Below are positions 14,240 to 28,165 of a stretch of 64,000 nucleotides of DNA, one piece after another. Position 1 is the stretch's first letter. Each line of letters starts with the position of its first letter. The DNA is from Bugula neritina (taxonomy: Eukaryota; Animalia; Bryozoa), in the NCBI GenBank assembly GCA_964035545.1, contig OZ037769.1, positions 9,198,129 through 9,262,128 on the forward strand, in the 5' to 3' direction. The notes beneath the pieces were generated by a model. It saw nothing but the letters and a program-made list of their open reading frames with translations. It did not search any database and had not been told where the DNA came from. Made by a program: the position numbers and the translations under genes.

Positions 14240-17200
14240 CGTGGCGACAAACCCTGAAAAGGTGTGGGCAATAGAAGACTGAGTTACTCCCTAGGATTTG
14301 ATCGAACTCCGGGCGTTTCTGGGCCTGGTAGGGTGTTACCGGCAATACATACCAGACTTTGCGAGGATAACACGGTTGTTAAACTGGCTCACCGCAAAGG
14401 GGGTAGCCTGGCAGTGGTCTCCGGTCAAACAGCAAGCGTTCGACCGCCTCAAGGGTTGCCTGTTGACGGCGCCCGTCTTGGCGTACCCTATCCCACTCGG
14501 GAGTACATCCTGGACACGGACATCAGTGACCATAATATTGGCGCTGTGTTGTCACAGGTACAGAAAGGCCGAGAAGTAGTAGTAGCCTACTACAGCAAGT
14601 CTCTCTCACTCGCTGAAAGAAATTACTGCTTTACCCAAAAGTAACTGCTGGCAGTAATCAAATCAGTAAAACACTTCAGACCTCATTTGTACGGCAGGAA
14701 GTTCCAGCTGCGTACGAACCACGCCTCCTTGATTTGGTTGTGTGAGAGAGCAGAGCCGTTCATCCAAGTCGCCAGGTGGCTCAAAATCCTGGCCGAGTTT
14801 TCTTAGCGATCGAACACCGGCCGGGTAAGAAACACGGCAATGCGGATGGGTTGAGCCGGCGGCCAGACGCAGGATACAAGCAGTGTCTCGGGATTGAGAG
14901 GAGAGACGGAGGCCCCTCGCGATCCGTTTTAGAGACACGGGTTAACCAAGAAGCAGAGTATGACTGGAACCAGGGTCAACTCAAACCGGCAGTTGGCGAG
15001 GATTCGAAGGCGGTACAAGGCCTCCGTGTCAACCCTGTTTTGGCCGATAATGTCTCAGAGCTAAGGAAACTCCAGGAAAATCTCTCTGGGGTGGTAGCCG
15101 ACATGTACCGAGTTAGAAAAGAGAGGCGGCAACCCAGCGAGGAACAACTGAGGCAGGGGTGCGTCAAACTCTGACTATTCTGCCAGCATTGGGACTCGCT
15201 GGAGATTAGAGATGACGGGCTGCTGACTATCACACTAGCCACCAACGGCAGACACCCCGAGAAGAGGAGGGTGGTCTGTTCTGCAGCCATACGCCGGGAG
15301 TTGATTTAGGATACCTATGAACAGGCTCACGCCAGAGTCCAGAGGGTGATCACCAAACTGCAACTCCAGTGGTATTGGCTCAAGATGGGGCGTGGAGTGC
15401 GACTCAAAGGGAGACAGTGCAAAATCAGCCAGGCCAGTAAGCATGGCCATCTCCCTGGTGAAGCGGGAGGGCGGAGACTGTATGCTGGAGGGCCATGGCA
15501 AGTGGTAGCTGTTGATCTAGTCAGACCCATGCCTCTAACCCCCAGGGGCAACAGCTAGATCTTAGTATTGACCGGCCACTACACCAAGCGGGCCAACGCC
15601 CTGGCTATCCCAGACGCGTCGGCTCCGACCGTGGCCAGGGTGCTAGATCAAAATGTAATCTGCTATTTCGGCCTCCCGGAACAGATACATTCATACTGAG
15701 GCGCTCAGTTCCAGTCTTAGCTGATGAGCAACCTCTGCCGCCTTTGGGGAGTAAATCAAACCAGGACCACCTCTTACTATCCACAGGGTAACAGAGTGGT
15801 GGAGCGCAGCAACTGGATGCTAGGTGATACACTCCGGAGCCTGCTACTCGGCCGCAATCAGGAAGAATAGGATACAGTATTACCGCAAGTCATGCGTGCC
15901 TATCGTAGTGCCCCACACACCAGTACTGGTGAAACTATCAATCTCCTGATACTAGGTCGAGAGACTCAGGTGACCGAACACCTTACCTACCATGTTTTTG
16001 AGCAAGATAATTCGTTCCACGAGTATGCCAGCAAACTGGTGGAGCGGATGAAAGCCACACACGAAATGCTGCGGGAGAAGCAGTGGTAGGTGCAGCGTGA
16101 AGACTCAGAGGAGCCACCCATTTACCTAGTGGAAGACTGGGTGTAGATGACCAATCACCGTAGGCGTGGCAGACAGGCGGCTAAATTACAGCCTAAGTTC
16201 ATTGGACTCTGCGTAGTAGTCAAGGCGATGCCCAACCATACTTACAAGATCGAGCGCTCAGGACAGGTGTCCATCCAGAATGAGGCTTGCTTGAAGCCAT
16301 ATTGGGTCAGTCCTGATGCAGTGGGAGGAGCCTCCCTTCCTCTCTCCTTGTTGTTAGAGCTCCGGAAGCAGACAGCAACGCACGAGCGGCAACGGCGTGG
16401 ACCAGAGTATGAGGTGGTCGTGCCGCTGAAGGAAGACCTGGCAAGAGACGAACAACCACTTTCCCCCGCAGAAGTGGGTTCGTCGCCTCTGACGCCAGGT
16501 CCAATACCATCACTTCTAGAGCCTGAGCTGGGCCCAAAAATGGAAAACCCCCACAAAGGGAGGGGCTCCATCCGGAGAATCTAGAGAAGAACTAGTCACT
16601 AATGAGTTGAAAGTCCCACCAGTGAAATTTGATAATCCACCGGTGAGTGCACCGCCTCCTCTGGAACGAGGACAGGATACCAGACAGCCCCTCTGCGTAC
16701 TTACAAGACTTCTTATGTGACTGCGTTCAAAGCGGCAAGTTTGTAAGTCCAGCAGGGTGCTATACTAAAAAACCATCAGTTAATTGTGGGAGTTGCACAC
16801 TCCTGAGAGAAAGTGAAAGTGGCTTATACTAGGGCCGAGTAATGGGCAGAAATAATCTGCGCGAGGCAAAAAGTCCCAGCCACGTGCAGCGAACATGCTG
16901 TTCAGCCTTTTCCTACGCTAACATTACTAAAAGCAGGCATGCTCTCCAATCCTCTACACAACAGACCTGAACGTTGAGTATGCTTAAAAATACCAAGTTT
17001 CAAGGTAAGCCTGCCTAGATCTAGTATTCCTATCTATGGGAACGGGTCTGTCATCAGTTAATTCTGATTTAATTGATTCAATTGAATCAAAGTTACTGGA
17101 GACTATGTGAACCGTGAATGATGAGGAAGATGTAGTAATGGCCGACGATCTTTTAGATCTGGAGCTGGACGCTATGATTCTTAGTCAGTCTACACGCTCG

Positions 17201-18450
17201 GCCCCTGTCTCTCGAGTGTCTTATAAAAAGATTGATGGCTCTCAGACTAACAAGAGTCAATTGTCATCAGAATTATATTGTAAAGATCAACTTCGATTTA
17301 ACAATAATTCTACTCCACAAACTATGTATTGCCACACGCCGTAGACGCTAAGACATGCTGGACGGCGCCAGAAACGGAACGTACAATACTCAGCCAACGA
17401 GGAGACACAAACAACATGATGTGCTACCTCTGCCAACAGCACTTCACCACCCCCCCCCCTCCGCAGGCTGCGGGTACATCTTTCTCAGCACTATATTACG
17501 ACATGTTGTCCCTGCAGAGAATGGAGCTATCATGGGGACTACATCCTCAGACACCAAAGGACTATGAACTGCTTTCCGGGTAATATTTATGATGTAGACA
17601 AAATCTCTTATCCTAGATTCTTGGAGCTAATACAGCCTTTCGTTTCCGACCCAAATCGATTAGAGAGACTATCACAACGGTTCCCAGCCCCCAGGCAAAT
17701 TACTCATGGCCCAGTCACCAAGCTTCCTAACTATCAGAAATTGGGTGCGGCATGACAAACTTCAAATTCCACCTCTCTTCTCAACTTTCTCTCTCGAGTT
17801 TTGCTAAAACGCTTAGAAACTCAGTCTTTTAGACAGCTACCGGCCAGACGTTCTCTTTCCCCGCTTCAGCCTCAAATCTACAAAAGACGGTGGAACTCCT
17901 CATCTTTTGCCCGGCGTCTGTCCCTGGCACAAAACCTGTGAGAGGTTGAACTTCGCACCAGTGAACTAGAGAGGGAAGTTCATCGGCTTGCCCCAAGAAT
18001 ATCAGCTGTGGCCAGTGAGTTACAGGCCCTCAAGGATTCGGTCGCAAGACTTAGACGGGCAGCCCAGGATGATGCCAGATAATCTCTCTCACCCTGGGCG
18101 ATGCTACTGGTCTGTGTGACCTTCTCTCCCTACCTCTTCCTTTACTGTCGTCTGTGTGACACCCTCTTCCGTCGTCTGTTGGTAACTATGGAACTCCATG
18201 TCTAGTCCCTATTACATAGTCTATGTTGATGATGGCGTCTGACAATTGACTTAGGCTATCAGCTAAATATTTAGTACTAATACTACGTAGTGATTCCAAA
18301 TATAAAAACAGCAAGGATTAGTGAAACTATGTGAGAGTTGAGTAGTGTGGAGCTTATTGGTATAGTTTTAGTGGTATGGAGTAATTTTGTTTATTAAGTT
18401 GCAGTTTTATTTGTTTAATGTAGAGAGCTTCGGCTACTTTTCGATGGTGG
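14240..18450 (+). mobile_element. Degenerate Gypsy element (RT end, RNase H, integrase, ORF3 remnant); related to 58005-64000
   Basis: Collinear similarity to the intact pol (YILDTD.SD, HRPGKKHGNADGLSR, WQVVAVDLV, KLQPKF) with many stops and frameshifts; ends near the PPT with no LTR. Confidence 0.9.
17340..18082 (+). pseudogene. Gypsy accessory ORF3 zinc-finger/coiled-coil gene (copy 2, disrupted)
   Basis: Across frames: CYLCQQHFTTP/RLRVHLSQHYITTCCPC..DYILRHQRTMNCFPGNIYDVD..FPAPRQIT and ELEREVHRLAPRISAVASELQAL. Confidence 0.8.
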
Positions 18451-18522
18451 ATTCTTTTAAATGAATGATTTAGAGCTGTTACATTGTCTATTGATATGTT
18501 TCCGTGATTAGTGGTTCATTGC

Positions 18523-18562
18523 TACTCTGAAGATGGGTACAGTGGTACCCAAAATATCAGTA
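18523..18562 (+). ncRNA. Degenerate minimal hammerhead, family D (Penelope-type 3' end)
   Basis: TACT-CTGAAGA-T-GGGTAC AGTG GTACCC-AAAA (GAAA mutated)-TATC-AGTA. Confidence 0.5.
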
Positions 18563-18620
18563 TAATTACTTTGCCTAATAAAGTAATAAATCAACAATGT
18601 TTCTCGTGTGTATATATATA

Positions 18621-18890
18621 TTACGCTCTCATTTAATGCTCAGCAATGACATTAAATGATTGAGCACTCTCACCATGGTCACAAACTCAAGCTGCTAGCA
18701 TTTTGCAATGCTCGTGACTCCTAGGTGACCCCTAGAGTCACTTGAGCACTCTGGCTTGAGTTTACACACCTTTTAAATATGCTTTAGTAAAACTATAAGT
18801 TTTACTATTGCAAAGGTGTGGGCCATGGTACTCTGTTCTGTGCTGATGAGGGGACAAATCCCTAAACAGCTGCTGTCCACAGATTGAGAT
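18621..18890 (+). mobile_element. Monomeric copy of the ~272-bp family A retrozyme-like unit, flanked by (TA)n
   Basis: Reverse complement of 10134-10405; hammerhead core has GAAA changed to TAAA (predicted inactive). Confidence 0.8.
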
Positions 18891-19269
18891 ATATATATAT
18901 ATATATATCCACTGACAGTTGATCAGAAAGATGAGAGTATTAGAAAAGAAGAGGCAAGCTGAAGAGAGATACGAATATTTATAAATCACACAATCCCAGA
19001 ATGCCTGTTCCTGCAGCAACTTACACCAAGAATAAGGTAATCTATTAGAATTAATGCTATCTAATTACATGTAATATCATAAACGCTAAGCTAAGGGAGT
19101 AGTTAATTATTTTGGGTAGCCTATATTAAAATTACTTGAAATAGTTACAATAAAAGCATCAATGTCATTGTTTTATAGCATTATTACTAACTGCAGTTAG
19201 TAGTTTGACACTAGTACTTTATTTTAATATATGTGGCATTAGCTCGTCAGTATTTGGTGTTTTTCCACA

Positions 19270-20200
19270 TGTGAAAGTGGAACTTTCCAACATGCTTAGG
19301 AAGTGTAGAAGATGGCAACCACTATACTATACAAAAACCCAATGCAGGTGGGTTTGTACTTTGTACATTTTAACTGCAGGCCACCTGACCATATTGTTCT
19401 AATGGCCCGCCATTGTGGATGCCGACTACAAGTTCCTGATCATTGGAATTGGTCAACCATGGAGTCAGAGTAAAGATGGAATCTCCAGTATTTGAAATGG
19501 CGCTAGCAAGAGGTAACTGAAGCTTTGCTGGAATTCGATCATTGTTTTGCTCAATTGTGTGCCACATAAAAAATTCTAAGTTGTTTCACTATTGGCACCA
19601 TAATTAAAAGTTTCTTTAGCTCCAAAAAATCTGCCAACTCATAAGCCTATATCACCAACTCAGTTTCTAACATACATGTTTGTTGGTAATCAGGCTTTTC
19701 CTCTGTAAACCTATTTAATGAGACCATTCCCAGGATGCCAGTTATATAGGCCTACTGATAGCAAACGTATATTTAATTACAGACTCTCCAGAGCATGAAT
19801 AATTGTGGAAAATGCTTTTGGTAGGCCTATACTTTTCTTTTTCTACTTCGTATCACTATTACTTTGATTACCTGCATTCAACTACTAATTAGCCTTATAA
19901 GCTTACATTAAATTGTTAACAATGTGAATTGCGAGGTTTGGTATAATTTTAGGAATTTTGGCACAAGGATGGAGGTTGCTATTAAGAATAGTGGCATCTC
20001 TAAGTAAAGTGGAACTACACGTGAAAACAATGTGTGCACTACACCAACAAATGATACATTCCACAACGATAGCATTGATAGTTTTTCAGCCAACAATTGT
20101 TGGTGAACATGTAGTAGCAGTGTGGTTCCAACGCAGTCACAACATGCTCCAGTTGCTGCCAATGAGGTGAGAAACATTTACATAAATTATTTTACAAGCA
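19270..20200 (+). pseudogene. PIF/Harbinger DDE_Tnp_4 transposase remnant with introns
   Basis: FPTCLGSVE(DG), VDADYKFLIIGIG, YMFVGNQAFPL*TYLMRPFPG, RIFNYRLSRA*IIVENAFG|intron|ILAQGWRL; multiple stops. Confidence 0.8.
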
Positions 20201-20329
20201 ATATTGGTAGTGTATCATGTACATGTACATGGGAATATGTGTATCAGAATTACTGTGCTGTATTGGTAAGTTAATAATAAAACTATATATGTACAACAAA
20301 TTGAAGTATTATAATTCTAATTTTTATAA

Positions 20330-23300
20330 TCATGACACATTATATGAATGTTCTATAGTGACAGAGGTGGGTTGTTGTGGCAAGTATGTCTGTGGTGTTT
20401 GATACTCACACTTAAAAAACAGTCGTTCAAGTCCTTGCCTAAATACAGTTTGCTGATAGCTAGATAAATTCCGATAGCGGATTGCCCAGCTCATGGCTGA
20501 GTAATATGCTTCATCCTGTTCTTCTTTATCATCTTCAATTAATTTTTCAACTTGCTTGTCTAAATCGTCTTGCCTTCTACGTTTCAGTGGTGGCATTGCA
20601 TATTCTGACTTATTTTTCATGGTAAGCATTAAAGATGGTGAGCTGTCTGTTAATATGACTGAAGATGTGGAGGCAGTTGGTACACTTGATGAACATGGCT
20701 GAAAGGGTGGCTGCGAGCTGACATCAGTGATGAGATTTGTCCTAATACAATATATACAAAAATAAATAAACCCATTTAAAAACATATATTATAGCAATTA
20801 AAAATTTTCAATTCACCTATCTACAAGTGCGTATAAAATGCAATAATATATTGAGAGAGCAATTTATTCAAACCTTGCTTCCTTCTTTCTTTGGAAATTA
20901 CTAAACCATTGCATATTGTCGTAATACTTCCATGAAGGTTTTCGAGTACTGGCAGCACCAGTGCTGCAGCTTTCTCGGTGCATTCTTTTATGCCTAACAA
21001 AGGAATCTCTCAGTAGACTCCACTTTCTGGATACTTCTTTATCTGCATATTGTTGTAAAATGAGGGGTTATAATAATTAAATTTGACTTCAATTTGCAAA
21101 TTAAAATCAATAACCTTCTTACAATAATTTAACGAGATTCTAATGTAACTATAAAGCATGCCAAATTCATTTGATATGAATGTTGCAATTTATACTAATG
21201 TTGGAACTATTTTATATTCATATTCTGAAAATTTAAATATTGTTGTAGTTTTGTGTACTACTAATTGGGTGTTATTGTGTGTTGATAGTTACTGCATGTC
21301 CACTTGTAAGGTTATGTAAAGAACCGGACTAGTTGATCGTTCAAAGAGAGAACTGTATTAGAATTACTTATACAAAAAAAGAGACAAACCATGAGCATAA
21401 AAGAGAAGTATAATCTGTAAAAAGTGTTACATGTAGTTAAACTAGTTTCTCTACTACTCCTTTCCAGACTGCTGTGGGCGCCGGAAGGTATCACTTATAT
21501 ATGTAGAGAGGATCCTAATTAGATAAGCCAAAGTTCCGACGGTGTCATCGTGGAGTATAAGCGGGCGCCGCGTGGGACTGCAGCATGGCTTGCGGAGTTG
21601 CCATCCTTGACAATATTCACACCATAATCTATAGAGTCATGTTTAGCATAGGACAGAGAGGGGTATACTTTCCCTAACCATTACATCCCCCCTCTAACAG
21701 AAAGCCCACTTTCTGATAATTTCAACAAGTGTAGGTAAGTACCAGTAATGGAAGTAAAATCATAAAAAACACATTATAAAAAGAAAAATATACATAAATG
21801 CAAAATTATATTATAAAATATATGAACAGGATTTGATTTGAGATATTTTCATCGCAGTTGCAACCCACAACTGTAACCAACGAAGTGGGTTGTAACGAGC
21901 AATGGGCAACTGCTACTAAAAAAAACAGACAAAGAAGAACAAGATATGAAACTAGGGAATTTGAATGTACTAAGATATAAGTATGCCTACGCTGGCGGTA
22001 CGGCTTGCCTGTCCTTGTCCTTGGCCTTTGCCACTCAGGCAGGACTGCCCGCCGCATCTGTACGGACTGCTGGTGGCTTCCCCACGGTGGAAGTCTATCT
22101 CCGGCTCGCATTTGGCAGGAATACCGGCGAGCCGTGAGAGTTTAACTCCCTGCGCCAGGGGACACTCTTTGCGGAGGTGTTCAGGACTGCCACACTCCCA
22201 AGAAGCGGCAGTTTGCTGCTGTGGCGGCCCCTACCCTCGACCTCTGAAGTATCTGGACGGAACCCATCGCAGCTGACTAGGCTAACGACGCTACCAGCTT
22301 CTCCACCGTCTCAGTCATACGAGTGACCTCAGAGTCTGGTGAAGGACCGGCGGCGGCAGCTGCCACGTGAACTGTGAGTTCCGGTTTGGGGTTATCCTCC
22401 GGTAGATTTACCTCGACCTGGCGGGAACTCACACGGCTTCTGTGTAGGTAACAGGTAACAGGTAAGCCTCAGCTTTACGCAGAGCGTTTTTGACCGTCGC
22501 GACTCCCCTCGCTAAAAACTGGTGATGGAGCCCTAAGTCATTCACCGACTACCAAATGCGTCAAAGGTGTACCGCTCACGGTTAATGGGTGACAGGTCAC
22601 GATGCGCAATTTGCGCTAGCCGTTTAACCGTAGCAGAATGTTCTTGCAGGGAAGTGCGTGAGTTGCGCTGCAACCCTTGCAAGCTGACTCGGGCGTCTAT
22701 AGCAGAGGCCAAATCGAGTCCTTAGTGCAGCGAAGATGCTGTCGACGTCAGGTTCTAACCCATAAGGTTTGACCTTCTCTGCCAACGCCATGCGCAACTG
22801 TACGAGGGCCATCCGGGGTAGCCACTAGGTAAAGGCTACCTAGTCACTTAACTCTTGAATAAATTGTTCTACATCCTCATTGCCAGTAAAGATGGGAGCC
22901 TTCAGGTGGTACCTGTCGCCAGGTTGTTCCTCGCTCCAAGGCACCAAATTCTCAAGAACATGATTTGCGGGCTCACCTCTATCTGGTCGTGGAGGCTGCG
23001 CAGGTTCTTCTACTCCGGCGGGAACTCCATTGTTAGGTGCCGTCATTCTAATCTCTTTATTGTCCGGATAGCAGTTGCATTAACACACAAATATCCCACC
23101 GCTGCCACCACTGTTGTAGTTTTGTGCACTACTAATTGGGTGTTATTGTGTGTTGATAGTTACTGCATATCCACTTGTAAGGTTATGTAAAGAACCAAAC
23201 TAGTTGATCGTTTAAAGAGAGAACTGTATTAGAATAACTTATACATAGAGATATAAATCATGAGCATAAGAGAGAACAAGTATAATCTGTAAAAATTGTT

Positions 23301-26300
23301 ACATATAGTTAACCTAGTCGTCTACTACTCCGGTCAAGACTGCTGTGGGTGCCGGAAGGTATCACTTATATATGTAGAGTGGATCCTGATTGGATAAGCT
23401 AAGGTTCTATCGTTGTCATCGTAGAGTATAAGGGGGCGCCGCATGGGACTGCGGCATGGCTTGCAGAGTTGTCGTCTTTGACGATATTCGCACCATGTCA
23501 TGTTTAGCAGGGGACAGAGAAGGGTATACTTCCTTTAACCATTACAATATGTCACAACTTAAACTTTCAATTATATTGCTAAATTACTATTATGATTATC
23601 AGCAAGAAAAGTTGTTGGCCAAAGAACACTAGAGAAAGTGCAGTTAGGCAGTTAGATTGTAATTGTATGATTATAATACTAATACTAACTAATACTAATA
23701 CCAATAGCAATAGTAATAGAGTTGGTGATTTATCCGTGTTGACGTAACTCACCTCGAAAAAATTAGAACAGGCCCAAAATTATGAGTGCCTCTTATGTTG
23801 TTTTTGTTTGTGTTTATCATGTGTAGAAATGTATCTATTCTAGCATGTAGCTAAGTTTGGATATTTTAATTGTAATGTAAAGGGGTTTTAGCACATAGCT
23901 AAGCTGAGTTTGTGTTATGAGGTGGTATCTTCAATTCTCTGATTCTTCGAGGGAGAAAACTGTTGTGAAAGGTCTGTGAGGATACAGAAATTGATGTTGG
24001 TTCTCCTCTCTTAGCACATCGAGTGTTTATTGACCGATTTGATTTTAATAGTTCATCTTGAGCAGATGAAAGCGTTTTATGGCGCTCTTCATCTGAGAGT
24101 ATTCTCATTACCAAAGTTATTCTATGGTCTCTTCGTCGGCTCGCAAGAGTTGCAAGCTGCAATTCAGTTCGAGCGTCACTGATGCCATATCTTCCTTTGA
24201 GGTTAGCGATAAACCTAATAGCTTGATTTTGAATATGTTCAATTCCCTCACAAGCACTTTTGTTAGTCGAATTCCACAACGTGTCTGCATACTCAAGGAT
24301 AGGTTTACATAGACTAAGGTACGCAATTAATTTTGCCTTCCTGGGTGCGTTGTAGATTGTATGCTTGATACAGCCAAGTATTTTGCTTGCATTGTTGACT
24401 TTAGATGTAATATGTCTGTCAAACTTTAGGTTAGACTGCATGATTACTCCAAGATATTTAGCCTCTTTAACTGTTCTAAAAGTGGTGTCACCAAGTGAAT
24501 ATAGATGAGAAGTGTCATTAGTTTTACCAAATATAATCACTTCGCACTTATTGGTATTAAATGGCATTTTCCATTTAAGTTATCAGTTATAAAGTGAGTT
24601 TAGGTCTCTCTGACAGGCTTCCTGTTGTATTTTGTTGTTAACTTCAGCATATAGAAGTGTGTCGTCAGCATAGACTAACTTTGCATGAGACAAATTGAGG
24701 GAGATCATTGCTGTAAATTAGGAAGAGTGTTGGTCCAAGAACTGATCTTTGGGAGACTCCAGATGTTACACTTAGTTCAGATGATTCCGTCCCTTTGATC
24801 ACCACTTTTTGTATCCAATTGGCAATAAATGGGTAAATTCCTTTAATTCGCCTGATTTTCTCTATGAGTAGTAAATGAGGAACTTTATCGAAGGCATTTT
24901 TAAAATCTAGAATTACTACATGAGTAGTTGATGAGTTTTCGGCTGCTCTTGCAAGGTCATGAAAAGTTGCACACAATTGAGTGTCACACGAGAGGCAACG
25001 TCTGAACCCTTGTTGTCTATTAACCAAAATTGAATCTCGTGTTTTATTTAGATAGTGTAATATAATATGTTCTAGCATTTTGCAGCGGATACTTGTCAAA
25101 GAAATAGGTCGATAATTGCATGGCTTCTCTTTTTCACCTTTCTTATATATAGAAGTGATGTTGGCAGTCTTCCATGCACCTGGGAGCACACCTTGTTTTA
25201 TTGAAGCAGCGAAGATATGCTGAATCCACTCTGCATTGATATTAGGGTTTATTAGTAATTGGCATTTGCGGATCTGGTCTGGGCCAGGTGATTTATTATT
25301 AACAACAAGTCTTTCAACACTATCTAATGTGATGGGAAATGGTGCTGTTTGAGTTGAAAGAAGTGGGAGTTTTCATATACTTTCTTGGTGGCAGAACTGT
25401 GAGTGAAAGTATTTATTTAGTTCGTTGGTGATTATCTTACTGTCAGTGGTTGAAAGGCCATCCATAAGTGTCATAGTCTCTAAAGGATGCTGTTGATTTT
25501 GTTTGTACCAAAGATGTTTCTAAAAAGGTTTGCTGTTCCCTTTTTCCAATGGCTTACAAACTTCATATAGCAAATAATTCTTTTGAGCTTTTTGAGTTTT
25601 TTCTTGTTGTTCCGGTGGTGCTGCTTATATTTATTCAAGTAGTATGGATCTCCAGTTTGTTTGTATTTTCTGTGTGTAATGTGTTGCTTGTCTATCATTT
25701 TTTAATGTTTGTTAAACCAAGGTGGTTGATCTTCATTTCTGACATGTATAGTTTCGCGTGGAACAGAATCAAGTATGGCTTCATCAAGTGATCTTTTGTA
25801 AATATCCCACATTTTATGAACTTGAACGTGTGCCTTCTGATAGACAAAGATTTCCTCGGTATTTTTACATTTGTGTTGTTGGTGCATCATTGTTTCTACT
25901 TTAAGCTTCAGGATTATAATATAGTGATCGCTTAGGCCAAGGATTACCACATCTGAAAAATCTGTTGTAAGAGTGTTAGAGAGGCATATCAGATCAAGAG
26001 TGTTTTTGTGAATGTGTGTAGGTTCTGTAACCATCTAGTGTAAGTTATGTTCGTAAAGCATGTTGAGAAATTGTAGATGAATAGCTTTGTAGGATGAATT
26101 GGGTTTAATAGTTTTGGTAACTCAGTCTAGTCCAGGAAGATTCATATCACCAAGTAAAATGATGTTGCAGTTGGAATATTTATATTTGATGGAGCTAAGT
26201 ATGTTACTTATTTGTTTGATATTTGAAGTTGATGTCCTCGGTCTATAGTAACAGCATATAGCTAGGTTTGTTGGAATAAGGATAACTACTATTTCTTCAT

Positions 26301-28165
26301 TATAAGTTTTAACGAAAACTTTTCTAGCGTTAAGCTTTGCCTTGATTGCAATCATAGCTCCTCCTCCGTGTAAGTTTCTGTCATTTCTAAAGAAGTCTAA
26401 ACCAGGTGTTTCGATTACAATTTTGCTGAGAATAGATTGATCAATATGCGTTTCTGTTAGGCAGATCAAATCATAGTTTTTTAGTTAGTGCGGTGATTTC
26501 TGCTGTTTTTCCTTTGACTGGCTTGACATTAGCAAGAAAAAGATTTAGATCTGAGATTGTTTTGTTTGTTGGTCTTTCGGTTTCAACTTTTCCCAGTTTC
26601 CCGATTAAGCTTTTTTTGAATTTTGAAATCCCTGATTCGAAATTGTATGGTTGGCTGCTCCTCTTAAAGCTTTTTAACCTGTTGAGTGTACTCTTTTTCT
26701 CTGGTTTTTTTGTTCATGTCCAGCTTGCAGAACAAGGAATCTGAGCGCAAAGCATGATTTACCTGTTTTCAAAATTCCCACTTGAACCTTTTATCTCTAA
26801 ATCGCAATTTTGTAGGGTGATTTTTGTTTTCAGTCTTAGCACCAAGCCTAACTGCTTGAACTGACTTGTTGAATTTCTTAAATAGTTCTTTGGGCATTAA
26901 ATTATTCACATCTTGCATTGCAGTATCTCTTTCAGTTGGGCCATACAAAATTGCATTGGATTTCCTCGCTCCGTTGTACTTTTTGTCCATCTTCGATGCA
27001 AGTAGTGCTTGGCTGGTTGTGGTCATTTGCAGGGTTTTTTTTGTGTTATTCGCAATTTCAATGTTTTTGCTGGTAATATCAGCCCAGGTTTTTTGGAGGG
27101 TACTGATTTCTTCATTGTTGTGTTGATGGTATTTTTCTAACTTTTTCTCAAGTTTAGAAATTTGTTGATTAATGCTGTGAAGCATTTTCATATGTTGTGT
27201 ATTGCCACCATCATCTTTTTGAGAGGAACACTCATCACAAAACCACCTAACACCTCTGTCCGACAGTCTAGTGATGGAATTCACCTCAGATAGTTGGAGG
27301 CCTTAGCATGTTCCATGGTACCATTATAGGCACACAGCCCAAGATATCCATTTTGAAGCAGCTTTTTGTTGTTTTCCGCCTTTAGTGAGAAGAAAACATT
27401 CTTTCTTGGAGCATGATGCACATAACTCATTAGGGTCTGTATTGTTGTCATCTGTAATAGATTCCAACTGAGAGCATTGCAGAGGGGGAAAGTCACCTCC
27501 ACTATGACCAATTTGGTCTTGAGACTGAGTGGGTGTGAGGAGTGACATACCTATACTTATACTATTTAATTCAAAGTGATACACCAAAACTATCAAGTGT
27601 TAAGGCTATCAATGACCAAGCTAGGCACTATCAATATCACTATGAGTATGACTATAATTACAAATTTAAACTTGATGCTAAAATAATACTTAAAGATTTG
27701 TAGTTAAGCTATGTAGGCGTAAGCAGAGTGTCTAATTTCAGGTATTTTTATTCTTTAGTTCAAGATGAATTTACACAATAACTTTAATTTAAAGCTCGGT
27801 TGTTTAAAAATTTAAATTTAGCATCCGCCATGACCTTACATTACGTATCTGATACTATGATACCGTTATTATTTAAAAAAAAGAATACTTTTACACTAAT
27901 ACTAATAGTAATACAGTCATTGAACATTGAATTATTTTTATCTTACTTGATGAAATCAAACAATATGAATATGATTGAAGTATTGGCTGTATTGCCTACC
28001 GTCTAGAGATTGGCCTGAAATTTTTACCCATTCATTAGCAATATCTGCCCAGTTGTTTCTTTTTGTTGTGGCTGCATCCCTGTAGTCTGGATGAGATAAA
28101 TCATACAAACATGGTCGACTTCTAACCAACCCAATAAACAAATTTGTCAAATCTTCTTTCGCCAT
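20330..28165 (-). CDS. Harbinger accessory MADF (Myb/SANT-like) protein, 248 aa; exons 28165-28000, 21042-20874, 20741-20330
   Basis: LFIGLVRSRPCLYDLSHPDYRD..NNWADIA / KWSLLRDSFVR..STGA..WKYYDNMQWF / RTNL..BESS-like C-terminal helix. GT-AG junctions are in phase (166+169+412 nt) with no stops. Convergent with the transposase, as is typical of Harbingers. Confidence 0.8.
21241..23546 (-). mobile_element. Gag-only non-autonomous LTR retrotransposon (LTRs 23546-23112 and 21685-21241)
   Basis: Two diverged ~440-bp TG..CA LTRs, ATAT TSD, PBS TGGTGGCAGCGGTGGGAT, PPT AGAGGGGGGA, degenerate gag (KAPIFTGNEDVEQFIQE; knuckle SWECGSPEHLRKEC); no pol motifs found. Confidence 0.85.
23093..23110 (-). promoter_or_regulatory. 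Primer binding site, probably tRNA-Leu
   Basis: TGGTGGCAGCGGTGGGAT, 1 nt after the 5' LTR end; resembles the complement of eukaryotic tRNA-Leu 3' ends (from memory, not checked). Confidence 0.7.
23870..27730 (-). mobile_element. Near full-length degenerate CR1/L2-group LINE (ORF1 with PHD finger; ORF2 APE endonuclease and RT)
   Basis: ORF1: ELCASC..AVCL*WYHGTC..WFCDEC, coiled coil, NAILYG. EN: ICLTETH, RNDRNLHGGG, LGDMNLP, TLDL, SDH. RT: DFKNAFDKVPH, GVSQRSVLGPTLFL, MPFNTNKC. Confidence 0.9.
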
